Below are positions 17,495-26,173 of a stretch of 59,967 nt of DNA, one piece after another. Position 1 is the stretch's first letter. Each line of letters begins with the position of its first letter. The notes below the pieces were generated by a model that saw only the letters and a list, made by a program, of their open reading frames with translations, had not been told where the DNA came from and did not search any database. The stretch is from a virus (lineage: Duplodnaviria; Caudoviricetes). The position numbers and the translations under genes are program-made. The stretch lies in the IMG/VR virus record IMGVR_UViG_3300030095_003814, positions 1 to 59,967 of that record, one strand, 5' to 3'.

Positions 17495-18937
17495 ATGCAG
17501 CTAACACATGCCGATTTTATCAATATCGAGAAAGAGCTATGCCGCAGAAGCCTTGCGGAGTTTGTAAGGCAGGCATGGCCTGTTATTGATCCGGGTATGC
17601 CTCTTAAGTGGGGGTGGCATATGGATGCTATCTGCGAACACTTGGAAGCTGTAACAAATGGGGAATTAACACGTTTACTTATTAACGTTCCACCTGGTAC
17701 GTCTAAATCGTCTCTGGTTAACGTTTATTGGCCCGCGTGGGAATGGATCACTAAACCGTCAACACGTATCATATCAGCGTCACATGAGCAGGAACTAGCC
17801 ATTCGTGATACCACAAAGATGCGTCGATTGATAACATCCGAATGGTTCAGTGAACGATGGCCCATCAAATTAACCGCCGATCAAAACCAGAAAACATCAT
17901 TTGAAAACGACGCGACAGGGTTTAGGCAGGCAAGGGCGGTTAAGTCTATGACTGGTCGCCGTGGTGACAGGGTGATATGGGATGACCCGCAAAACGTCGA
18001 AGATGCGTTTTCAGAGGTTGAGCGGCCAAAGGCAATTCGCGTATTTCAAGAGACGCTGCCAACGCGACTAAATGACCCTGAAAAATCCGCCGTTATCATC
18101 GTTATGCAGCGATTGCACGAAGAGGATGTGTCTGGGTTCATTCTTTCTGACGATTACGGGTATGAGCATTTGTGCTTGCCGATGGAGTTTGAGCCTGAGC
18201 GTAAATGCTACACATCTATCGGATGGGAAGATCCGCGCACAGAGGAAGGCGAGTTACTTTTTCCTGAGCGTTTCCCGCGTGAGGTTGTGGAGCGTGATAA
18301 AAAGATCATGGGCACGTTTGCGTATGCAGGTCAAATGCAGCAACGTCCTGCCCCGCGTGGTGGTGGTTTCTTCGATTGGGAAAAGATCGATATTGTGTCG
18401 GCATGTCCTGCGCTAACAAAGACTGTTCGTTATTGGGATAAGGCGGGCACAGAAGGCGGAGGCGCACGTACTGCTGGTGTTAAGATGGGCATTGGCTCTG
18501 ATGGTGTGTTTTACATTACAGACGTTGTAAAAGGACAATGGGAAGCGCCAAAGCGTGAGGCGGTAATCAGGCAAACAGCCGAGACTGACGGCGTAAACGT
18601 CAATATCTGGATTGAGCAAGAGCCGGGATCAGGTGGTAAGGAAAGCGCACAATCTACCATACGCAATCTGGCAGGATTTACCATAAAGAAAGAACCTGTT
18701 TCAGGTTCTAAAGAAGCGCGAGCGGAGCCGCTATCAGTGCAAATTGAGGCTGGAAATGTTAAACTTGTTCGTGGCGAGTGGAATAAAGAATTCATTGACG
18801 AATTAAAGCTATTTCCTGCCAGCAAGTTTAAAGATCAGGTTGATGCTAGTTCTGGTGCATTTAACAAGCTGTCTCTAGGATACAGCAAGCCAGACGATTT
18901 TGTTATGCCATTCGCAAGTATGGTTGATGATATGTAG
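17495..18937 (+). CDS. terL: Terminase large subunit
   Basis: LLINVPPGTSKS Walker A, VIWDDP Walker B, IIVMQRLHEED, RYWDKA, IEQEPGSGGK, KDQVDA. Confidence 0.95.
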   Translation: MQLTHADFINIEKELCRRSLAEFVRQAWPVIDPGMPLKWGWHMDAICEHLEAVTNGELTRLLINVPPGTSKSSLVNVYWPAWEWITKPSTRIISASHEQELAIRDTTKMRRLITSEWFSERWPIKLTADQNQKTSFENDATGFRQARAVKSMTGRRGDRVIWDDPQNVEDAFSEVERPKAIRVFQETLPTRLNDPEKSAVIIVMQRLHEEDVSGFILSDDYGYEHLCLPMEFEPERKCYTSIGWEDPRTEEGELLFPERFPREVVERDKKIMGTFAYAGQMQQRPAPRGGGFFDWEKIDIVSACPALTKTVRYWDKAGTEGGGARTAGVKMGIGSDGVFYITDVVKGQWEAPKREAVIRQTAETDGVNVNIWIEQEPGSGGKESAQSTIRNLAGFTIKKEPVSGSKEARAEPLSVQIEAGNVKLVRGEWNKEFIDELKLFPASKFKDQVDASSGAFNKLSLGYSKPDDFVMPFASMVDDM

Positions 18938-19052
18938 TCGAAAAATGTTAATTATAATCGACATTCCATCAAAATAACTGAGGTATGTCGAAATTGTTAG
19001 ATATATTCAACATATGTTATCGTTATGTTTACGTGATCGGCATTAAAAAACA

Positions 19053-19082
19053 TTTGACACGTTGTTTGTGTGTGGTAATGTG
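19053..19082 (+). promoter_or_regulatory. Early sigma70-like promoter
   Basis: AAAAAACAT-TTGACA context identical to the cassette promoters; TAATGT -10. Confidence 0.6.
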
Positions 19083-19649
19083 AGGCATCAAACAACGGAG
19101 GAAGTTATGGAACAAATCAACAGAGACATCATCGCAGTTCTAACTAATGCCCGTGAGAATGGGTATCGCGCTTTCTGCGATGCAAGCAACGAACTTAGCG
19201 AGGCTTTTGCCATTATTGGCACCATTAATCGCGGCGAGCAGAACTTGACCGATTACCTGTGTCGCCGCATTTACATTTGCATTGATAGTGCAAAAAGTCA
19301 CTTTTAGTGGGGAAGTTATGGAATACCATAAAGAATGCTCTTTTAGTACAGACATCGCTGGTAATGTTACGGCAGGTCGCGGCAAGCTAGATAAGTATGG
19401 CGAATGGCAGTATCCGTGCGAAGAATGCCGAGAAGAACTTGAGCGCCGACTAAAAGAAAAAGATGAGAATTAACGGTGTACGAATACATTCACGAAATAC
19501 ATGATCATGGCACAAGAGGAGATTTTGAGCGTTGGCTTGGGTCTTTCGGTGATCAGGGTTGGATTATGTGTGGATTTCATGAGCGACTTGACCCTGAATA
19601 CGGCATCCGTCGTTCATGCGTTTTTATGCGCGAAGTCAAGGAGGATTAA

Positions 19650-20036
19650 ATGTCAGTAATCGTAGAAAAGACTTACACCGTAATCGATGGTGAGCGCGGT
19701 GATGTCGTGTTGAGCGTTCGTGATGACGCGTTTTACATTCATCGTTCTGGAGAATGCGATCTATACGTAACCTCAGAATGCATTGATGACATGATCGAGG
19801 CATTGAAGTTGGTGCGCGATGATATGAGCGGCGTAAAGGGTTGTCCAGAAAATGGTAGCCACGAAAGTGGTTGGATTGAATGGAGCGGTGGTGATTGTCC
19901 CGTTGGAAGCGATGAAGTTATTGAATACGTTATGCGAAGCGGCATGGAAAGCGGTCGTGAACGTAACGCAACCGTTCTTGATTGGGGGCACCACGGAGAA
20001 AATTGGGATATCGTAAAATACCGTGTAGTATCATGA
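19650..20036 (+). CDS. Hypothetical protein with GWIEWSGGDCPV...DIVKYR domain
   Basis: GGAGG SD; recurring small phage domain. Confidence 0.7.
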   Translation: MSVIVEKTYTVIDGERGDVVLSVRDDAFYIHRSGECDLYVTSECIDDMIEALKLVRDDMSGVKGCPENGSHESGWIEWSGGDCPVGSDEVIEYVMRSGMESGRERNATVLDWGHHGENWDIVKYRVVS

Positions 20037-20301
20037 ATTACCTGATCCCACTAACCAAACTCGCACATCAAACGGAGCAACATGCCCGTGATCTTGAATG
20101 GGAAGGCGACGAACGCGCTGATATGTTCTATGCCCGTGCTGCAAGGTATCGTGAGCGAATGGAAAACGGCGAAGAATATGAGGTGATGTTTTGATGCCAC
20201 CAAAGCAAACAAAAGACGAAGCGATTAAATACGTATCACTGCATGATTTATGGTAAAAACGCTTGCAAATGATGTTTGGTGATGTATATTGACAATAGTT
20301 T

Positions 20302-20378
20302 CTGCGTGTAGCTCAGTCTGGTAGAGTTTTCGCTTTGGAAGCGAAAGGCCGTAGGTTCAGATCCTGCCACGCAGACCA
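20302..20378 (+). tRNA. tRNA-Pro(TGG)
   Basis: CTGCGTG/CACGCAG acceptor stem, D arm, TTCGC-TTTGGAA-GCGAA anticodon arm, GTTCAGATC T loop, encoded CCA. Confidence 0.92.
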
Positions 20379-20396
20379 TTTAAATAGGAGGTTAAA

Positions 20397-20591
20397 TTGG
20401 CTACATTTAGAGTTTATGGTGTCGCCACAGCATCTAAATTTATTGGTGAATACGAGGCCAGTACGAAGGAAGAAGCTATTGAGATGGCTGAGAATGATGA
20501 TGGGGCTGATTTTTACGGAAGCCTGTGTCACCAATGCGCGTCAGAGTTTGAGGTTGGCGACATCTACGAATGCCAAGCAGATGAAGTATAG
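20397..20591 (+). CDS. Hypothetical protein
   Basis: AGGAGG SD, TTG start. Confidence 0.65.
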   Translation: MATFRVYGVATASKFIGEYEASTKEEAIEMAENDDGADFYGSLCHQCASEFEVGDIYECQADEV

Positions 20592-20604
20592 CGCCGGGTA
20601 TCGT

Positions 20605-20960
20605 TTCCCATTTGCCGCGTAGCATTTGGACAACTTACCAAAACTTGCCACGGGTCCAATCGTGATGTAGTATTCGGCTTTTGGGTGGGGGTGACTATTT
20701 GGTTGCGCCCCACCACCTTAGAAACGAGAGCATCGGTCAGTTTTTGTTTAGGCGAAAACCATACTAGTTTGATACTGTGTTCTCTTTTGTGAGGCGTCAG
20801 GTAGACACGGTGTTCGGAAAGCGTTCTAGTGCGGTGTTTCCGTAATTTCACGGCTAGAGCCTCACGACTTGCAATATGGCTCCCGGCTCTAGTGCCGATG
20901 GCACGCACCCGAAACTTGAGCATACAAGTTTGATGTATCATAGCGTACGGCAATTTGATA
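20605..20960 (+). ncRNA. Candidate structured ncRNA of about 350 nt
   Basis: No + strand ORF of 60 aa or more; many inverted-repeat helices and paired ends (20612-17 with 20948-53). Confidence 0.5.
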
Positions 20961-20990
20961 TATTGGAGCGATTATTTAGGAGGATAAACT

Positions 20991-21563
20991 ATGACAATCG
21001 CATATGAAGCAATGCTATTCGCTAAGAAAGCGCACGAAGGACAAAAACGCAAATACACAGGTAATCCGTATTTCGATCATTGCTGTGAGGTTGCTGGTAT
21101 TGTTTCGACCGTTGCATCTGGTGCAACTGTCGGTGGATCAAACGGCGCAGGCGGCGGATGTGCGTCCTCTGCTGGGTCAGACATGATTGCAACGGCTTTT
21201 CTTCATGACGTTATGGAAGATTGTGATGTAAGATATGACGACGTACGGCGTCGTTTCGGAGGGACTATTGCGTATGGTGTTTTTATGCTATCAGACCTTG
21301 AGGAAGGGAACCGAAAGCAACGCAAGGAAAAGTCACGCGCTAGGGTTTCATCGGCGCGTGGATGGGTCCAAACGATCAAATGCGCTGACCTGATTAGCAA
21401 CACGTCAAGCATCATTGAACATGATCCAAAGTTTGCCGGTGTGTATCTGCAAGAAAAGGCGTCATTGCTTGATGTCATGACGCGAGCTGATGTTAGGCTA
21501 TTGACAATTGCGCACCAGCAAGTGCAAGATGGATTGATGAAGATTAACGGCCCTGTGGTGTAA
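20991..21563 (+). CDS. HD-domain protein, Mesh1/SpoT-hydrolase-like (small alarmone hydrolase family)
   Basis: FAKKAHEGQKRKYTGNPY..H, AFLHDVMED, IKCADLISN; AGGAGG SD. Confidence 0.85.
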   Translation: MTIAYEAMLFAKKAHEGQKRKYTGNPYFDHCCEVAGIVSTVASGATVGGSNGAGGGCASSAGSDMIATAFLHDVMEDCDVRYDDVRRRFGGTIAYGVFMLSDLEEGNRKQRKEKSRARVSSARGWVQTIKCADLISNTSSIIEHDPKFAGVYLQEKASLLDVMTRADVRLLTIAHQQVQDGLMKINGPVV

Positions 21564-21624
21564 TGGTTCGCACTCGCCCCTCATAAGGGTTGCGGTAACA
21601 GTTCAAATCTGTTCGGGGCTACCA
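21549..21624 (+). tRNA. tRNA with CAT anticodon (probably Ile2/lysidine type; Met not excluded)
   Basis: GGCCCTG/CGGGGCT acceptor with C4-G69 and C5-G68, CTCATAA loop, GTTCAAATC, ACCA end; anticodon stem imperfect. Confidence 0.8.
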
Positions 21625-21637
21625 TTTTGGAGGAAAT

Positions 21638-21880
21638 ATGACTGAGATCAAAACTAAAGATGGTTGGATTGATCTATATGTGTTTGATGATGGGTTTAGC
21701 CTTACGTCAAAAGGTGAACCTGTGGAGTGCGACCACGATGATGGATCAATCATAAATTACCATGAGATGACTATTGATCAGGCCGAGGAATTGCGGTCAG
21801 TCCTTGATAAGCAGATAACACGATATTGGCTTTCGCAGTTGGCTCGTGGTGACGATAAATGGATTTTACAGGGATATTGA
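21638..21880 (+). CDS. Hypothetical protein
   Basis: GGAGG SD. Confidence 0.65.
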   Translation: MTEIKTKDGWIDLYVFDDGFSLTSKGEPVECDHDDGSIINYHEMTIDQAEELRSVLDKQITRYWLSQLARGDDKWILQGY

Positions 21881-21881
21881 A

Positions 21882-22115
21882 ATGAAATGCATTCTATTCG
21901 CTGGCGCATTAATGGCGTCACAACCTGACCACCTAGACGCAATGAAACTTGGCGACGGGCCATTGCTCAAAGAAGTTAACGCACGTACAGAATACATTTT
22001 GGCGCATAACGTAAAGGTTAACGCATGGCGTCGTGATGTTGTGGCTGATATTCTCGGTAATGTTGCGCGTATTGATGATTTTTGGGTTTCTGTTGATGAT
22101 TTGGAGTGTGAGTGA
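21882..22115 (+). CDS. Hypothetical protein
   Basis: Coupled ORF. Confidence 0.5.
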   Translation: MKCILFAGALMASQPDHLDAMKLGDGPLLKEVNARTEYILAHNVKVNAWRRDVVADILGNVARIDDFWVSVDDLECE

Positions 22116-22290
22116 TGAACCACGCAAACCGATTAATCGACTATTCACATAAATCAATCCACGGCCTTGCATGTGAGGCAGGACGCAGAACGAGTATCCT
22201 TGATGATGCAGTTAACCACCAATGGTATTTGCGCGATACATATCAGGAAAACGAGAACAAGTTTCGATTAACGCGATACGAGAAGCGTAA

Positions 22291-22482
22291 ATGCAATTCT
22301 TAGTCGTTGGCGTTTTGTTCCTGATAACTCCGCTTGTCATGTTCATTAACGATGGCGGACGCGATGAAGCTGACATGACTAGTTGGTTTGTAAATCAACC
22401 TCTGCAAACGATTTTCACATTGCGTGCTATGACGATATCGGGTATTGGTTTTATAGGAATTGGTATTTTGATGATTGTTTGA
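22291..22482 (+). CDS. Small membrane protein
   Basis: Two hydrophobic segments. Confidence 0.55.
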   Translation: MQFLVVGVLFLITPLVMFINDGGRDEADMTSWFVNQPLQTIFTLRAMTISGIGFIGIGILMIV

Positions 22483-22597
22483 GTTACCCGCACCACTCTC
22501 CTTCTGTTGCTTGTGTGGAAGCTATAACGGTTGATGTGTGTGACGCTGATGTGGTGACGGGCTTCATAACGTAGCAGCTAATCAACCGACCATAGAT

Positions 22598-22626
22598 AGG
22601 CATCGTTTCGGCGGTGCCTTTTCTTA
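22598..22626 (+). terminator. Intrinsic terminator
   Basis: AGGCATCG...CGGTGCCT plus T-tract. Confidence 0.7.
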
Positions 22627-22680
22627 TTGACACATGTTTTGTGATGTGTGAGTATGGCGTATCTTTAATAGGAGGATAAT

Positions 22681-22884
22681 ATGAAACTAACTAAATCACA
22701 GAAAGAGGCCTTGGAAAAATTTTCTGATGGCAAATGGCACAGTGCGTATGACGTTCAGTCTGGACTTAATACGCTTAATGCTCTTTTCAATAAAGGACTT
22801 CTTGATCGCAAAGCAGGGCTAGGGTCAATGGCTTTCCCGCGCAACGGCATTAAGTTCAAATTAAAGGAAAATGGAGATGGCTAA
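22681..22884 (+). CDS. Small winged-helix-like protein
   Basis: AGGAGG SD; MKLTKSQKEAL...TLNALFNKGLL. Confidence 0.65.
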   Translation: MKLTKSQKEALEKFSDGKWHSAYDVQSGLNTLNALFNKGLLDRKAGLGSMAFPRNGIKFKLKENGDG

Positions 22885-23128
22885 TCTAATCAAATTCTTT
22901 GCATACGCAATCGGAGTGTGCGGCATTGTCGCTGTCATTACGTTGCTAAACCAGTATCACCAAATCGGTGAATGCTATTACAATGCGCAGTGCAACGCGA
23001 TCAAGTCACAATATGGCTGGTCAACTGTTGCCGCTGGTATCGGTGGCCTGTTCTATGCTGTGATGGTTTACGCATTCGCGCATATTCTCAGTGTGGTTGA
23101 TGATATCAAGGATAAGGTAAACTCATGA
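22871..23128 (+). CDS. Two-TM membrane protein
   Basis: Two hydrophobic helices. Confidence 0.65.
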   Translation: MEMANLIKFFAYAIGVCGIVAVITLLNQYHQIGECYYNAQCNAIKSQYGWSTVAAGIGGLFYAVMVYAFAHILSVVDDIKDKVNS

Positions 23129-23364
23129 CGCATTGGAATTACCGTATCATGAGGCGTAAGGGCTATTACGGTGATGGCGAAGATCATTACGGTATTTACG
23201 AAGTGTACTATGCCGATGATGGTTCTGTTGATGGATGGACTGATCGGCCAATGGAGCCAAACGGCCAGACGCTTGATGAAATTGAAGGCGACATGATTTA
23301 TATGAAGATGGCATTTGATCATCCAGTATTGGATTATGAAACCGGCAAGGATGTGAACTCATGA
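23125..23364 (+). CDS. Hypothetical protein (WNYRI...IYEVYY type)
   Basis: Recurring small phage protein motif. Confidence 0.7.
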   Translation: MTHWNYRIMRRKGYYGDGEDHYGIYEVYYADDGSVDGWTDRPMEPNGQTLDEIEGDMIYMKMAFDHPVLDYETGKDVNS

Positions 23365-23440
23365 CGCAAGATGCATGGCGTTATTTTTGGTGCTGCGTTG
23401 CCTTTGATGTAGTGCTGTTTGGAATTATAGCGGCGATAGT

Positions 23441-23716
23441 ATGGCTAAAATAAACCCAGACAAATACAAATCGTGTGATCCTGCTGTAAAGCGTCTTGTT
23501 GCGCTAATGAACGAGGATGACATAACCATTGATGCCATGAGCGCAAAGGCTGGAGTTGGTAAAAACGCTATGTATCAATGGCGAACTCGCGATCCTATGA
23601 TCAGCAACTTGAGGGCGTGTCTTAATGCGTGCGGATATGATCTTGCGGTTGTTCCGTTAGATATGAGCGGGTTTTATGATATGGTAAAAGCAATTGGATA
23701 TGAGGATGATAAATAA
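23441..23716 (+). CDS. XRE-like HTH transcriptional regulator
   Basis: TIDAMSAKAGVGKNAMYQW...P.ISNLRACLNACGYDL. Confidence 0.7.
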   Translation: MAKINPDKYKSCDPAVKRLVALMNEDDITIDAMSAKAGVGKNAMYQWRTRDPMISNLRACLNACGYDLAVVPLDMSGFYDMVKAIGYEDDK

Positions 23717-24213
23717 TGTTTTGGGTTCTTGGTTTCGGATTGCTTGGCGGTGTGTTCCGTCGCTGGCTTGGATATGGCGATAATGTAAGCCGGTGGATTA
23801 AGCTGGTATTCGGCTTTGTCGCGGCTGTTGTGGCATCATTTTATCTGCCTGTATGGGTCGCGCCATTGATGGTGCTGTATTGGTTGCCGGGTCATAAGTT
23901 CGCGGATGAAGAAAGCACGAAGAACATAATTTCTGATCTTTTCGTCCGATACTCTGCTGTGCCAATTGGTATTGCTATGCTTTATGCCGGAATGTCAGAG
24001 TTTGGTTTGTTTGATTGGTCGCAGTTGCCGTGGTTAATCGCGTTTTCATTCGCTGGCGTGATGTGCGTTGTTAACTATTGCATTGCTAACGTGCTGTATC
24101 TTCGCGGCGTAAACGTTAACATTCCATTCTTTGACGGAACGCATTCAGTCGCGGAGTTTGCAAACGGTTTTGTTTTGTTTGCGTCTATCGCTTTCGTTAC
24201 GTATGTGTTATAG
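23716..24213 (+). CDS. Multi-pass membrane protein
   Basis: Several hydrophobic segments; GAGG SD. Confidence 0.7.
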   Translation: MFWVLGFGLLGGVFRRWLGYGDNVSRWIKLVFGFVAAVVASFYLPVWVAPLMVLYWLPGHKFADEESTKNIISDLFVRYSAVPIGIAMLYAGMSEFGLFDWSQLPWLIAFSFAGVMCVVNYCIANVLYLRGVNVNIPFFDGTHSVAEFANGFVLFASIAFVTYVL

Positions 24214-24240
24214 TACTTGGGTAATAAGGAGGTTATACAA

Positions 24241-24411
24241 ATGATAGATAATCACGAACTACAGAAAACAGTTAACAAGCTAGGCGCATATATTGAGCAT
24301 GTGCAAAAGTATGGTCGTAATGTGAACGGTCATGATGTGAACATGGATGATATTCGGAACATCCACGGATGGCTGACTGAGTTGAAAAACATTCGGAGTA
24401 CGGAACTGTGA
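24241..24411 (+). CDS. Hypothetical protein
   Basis: AGGAGG SD. Confidence 0.55.
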   Translation: MIDNHELQKTVNKLGAYIEHVQKYGRNVNGHDVNMDDIRNIHGWLTELKNIRSTEL

Positions 24412-24701
24412 GCGCAACTAAACTAGATGTGATTTTTGGCGATATCGAGGACGAACTAGCCAACGCACTAAACAAGTTCCCAACATGGCCCACGGATCCA
24501 ATTCACGCTAAGGCTGTTCTTGGTGAGGAAGTCGGGGAACTTGAGCAAGCAATCCTTGAATGCGTATATGAGCCGCATAAATCAACTAAGGCAGATGTAC
24601 GGGCAGAAGCCATTCAAGTTGCTGCAATGGCGGTTCGGTTTTTGATTAGTCTTGACGATTACAAATATTATCCGTCAGAAAACCATAAGCAAACTTTTTA
24701 A
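24408..24701 (+). CDS. MazG-like NTP pyrophosphohydrolase
   Basis: VLGEEVGELEQA...EAIQVAAMA. Confidence 0.7.
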   Translation: MSATKLDVIFGDIEDELANALNKFPTWPTDPIHAKAVLGEEVGELEQAILECVYEPHKSTKADVRAEAIQVAAMAVRFLISLDDYKYYPSENHKQTF

Positions 24702-24712
24702 GGGGTAGTCGC

Positions 24713-25882
24713 TTGAAAGTATACATCGACGAAGGCCATAAACAGTACGCCACAGACAAGCAATGGAAATATGCACTAGCGTATATGGAGCATGGAAGTT
24801 GGGCCGCTGTTGCGCGCATTTTCGGGGTTGATGAAGGTGTAATTCGCAAGTCAGTAAAGAGACTGTCACAAAGGGCAGCGCGACAAGGGTACAGTCCAAG
24901 CCACGATATGACGTCCCCTGTTCCTGATGGTTTCCATTATCGCGGTCAGTCTGTTCTGCGCGATGGTGATGGCAAGATTAAGCTGGTGTGGGAAAAGTCA
25001 AATATTGACCATGATAGACAGCTTGAAATTATGCGTGAAGCTGTTGCGGCTTTCTCAGAAGAAATCACCCCTCGCACACCGTCCCTAACTATTCCAGCGG
25101 AAACCAACGCAAACCTTGTAAATTGCCACATTGTAACTGACTACCACCTTGGCATGATGGCGTGGGGAAAAGAAAGCGGCGACGATTGGGATATTGATAT
25201 TGCGGAAGATATGTTTTATCGGTGGTTCGAACGTGCGTTAGCATCAGCACCAAATGCAAAGACTGGAATTCTTGCTAATCTCGGTGACTGGTGCCATTGG
25301 GACGGATACGACGCAGTAACACCAAACAGCGGGCACGTTCTTGATGCTGACACGCGATACCAAAAGCTAACCCGCGTTGCTATTCGGTGCATTAATCGTG
25401 CAATCGAAATGATGCTGCATAAATACGAAAATCTGCACATTCTTATGTGCGATGCTAACCATGATCCTGCTGGTGAAAGCTGGCTGCGTGAAATGCTTGC
25501 TTTCTATATGTCACGTGATCCACGAGTAACAGTCGATACTAACGCAGATACATATTACTGCTATGAGCATGGCCTAACGTCTTTGTTTTTCCATCATGGT
25601 CACAAGCGCAAGGTGGCTAATGTTGATGACGTGTTTGTGGCAAAGTACCGCGATGTATTCGGGCGCACTAAATACAGCTACGCGCATTTGGGGCATCTTC
25701 ACAGCAAAGAAGTTAAGGAAACAAACCTAATGATTGTTGAGCAACATCGCACGATGGCTGCACGTGATGCTTATGCGGCAAAGGGAGGCTGGGTGTCTGG
25801 TAGGGATGCAAGCGTTATCACGTATCACGATAAGCATGGTGAAGTATCGCGAATTTGCATTAATCCTGATATGCTGTCTTGA
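24713..25882 (+). CDS. Calcineurin-like metallophosphoesterase with N-terminal HTH
   Basis: DYHLG, LGDW.H.D, ANHD, HHGH, GHLH. Confidence 0.85.
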   Translation: MKVYIDEGHKQYATDKQWKYALAYMEHGSWAAVARIFGVDEGVIRKSVKRLSQRAARQGYSPSHDMTSPVPDGFHYRGQSVLRDGDGKIKLVWEKSNIDHDRQLEIMREAVAAFSEEITPRTPSLTIPAETNANLVNCHIVTDYHLGMMAWGKESGDDWDIDIAEDMFYRWFERALASAPNAKTGILANLGDWCHWDGYDAVTPNSGHVLDADTRYQKLTRVAIRCINRAIEMMLHKYENLHILMCDANHDPAGESWLREMLAFYMSRDPRVTVDTNADTYYCYEHGLTSLFFHHGHKRKVANVDDVFVAKYRDVFGRTKYSYAHLGHLHSKEVKETNLMIVEQHRTMAARDAYAAKGGWVSGRDASVITYHDKHGEVSRICINPDMLS

Positions 25883-25932
25883 CCACGCAAACGCCATAAT
25901 ATATCATTAACCTTTCGTCTATCCCCAAACTT

Positions 25933-25960
25933 AGCCCGGCTTCGGTCGGGTTCTTTTTTC
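25933..25960 (+). terminator. Intrinsic terminator
   Basis: GCCCGGC-TTCG-GTCGGGT plus T-tract. Confidence 0.8.
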
Positions 25961-25968
25961 GGTAAATC

Positions 25969-26160
25969 ATGAGTTATTCTGGACGATCACAATCATACGA
26001 CGTATATGCAGCAATCAAAGAGGTTTTACCAAATGCCACAAGCTATCGAATATCTGATCTGGAAGGTGCAAGCGATGTGGAGAGATTTCATACGTTGGCT
26101 AAAAAGCAAGGCATAGGGCGTGCCGTTATTGAGATGGTAAAAAATAACCCCGCCTATTGA
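25969..26160 (+). CDS. Hypothetical protein
   Basis: 63-aa ORF before the convergent terminator. Confidence 0.4.
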   Translation: MSYSGRSQSYDVYAAIKEVLPNATSYRISDLEGASDVERFHTLAKKQGIGRAVIEMVKNNPAY

Positions 26161-26172
26161 GCGGGGTTTTAC
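26144..26172. terminator. Bidirectional terminator
   Basis: AACCCCGC/GCGGGGTT hairpin between convergent genes. Confidence 0.7.
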
Positions 26173-26173
26173 T

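Noticed and set aside
18985-19025. dif-like XerCD site
   Set aside because: Only a GATATA-like core is present; no XerD arm consensus follows at the right spacing.
20502-20511. GGGGCTGATT resembling a tmRNA 5' end
   Set aside because: It lies inside a coding ORF and no matching T arm or CCA 3' end follows.
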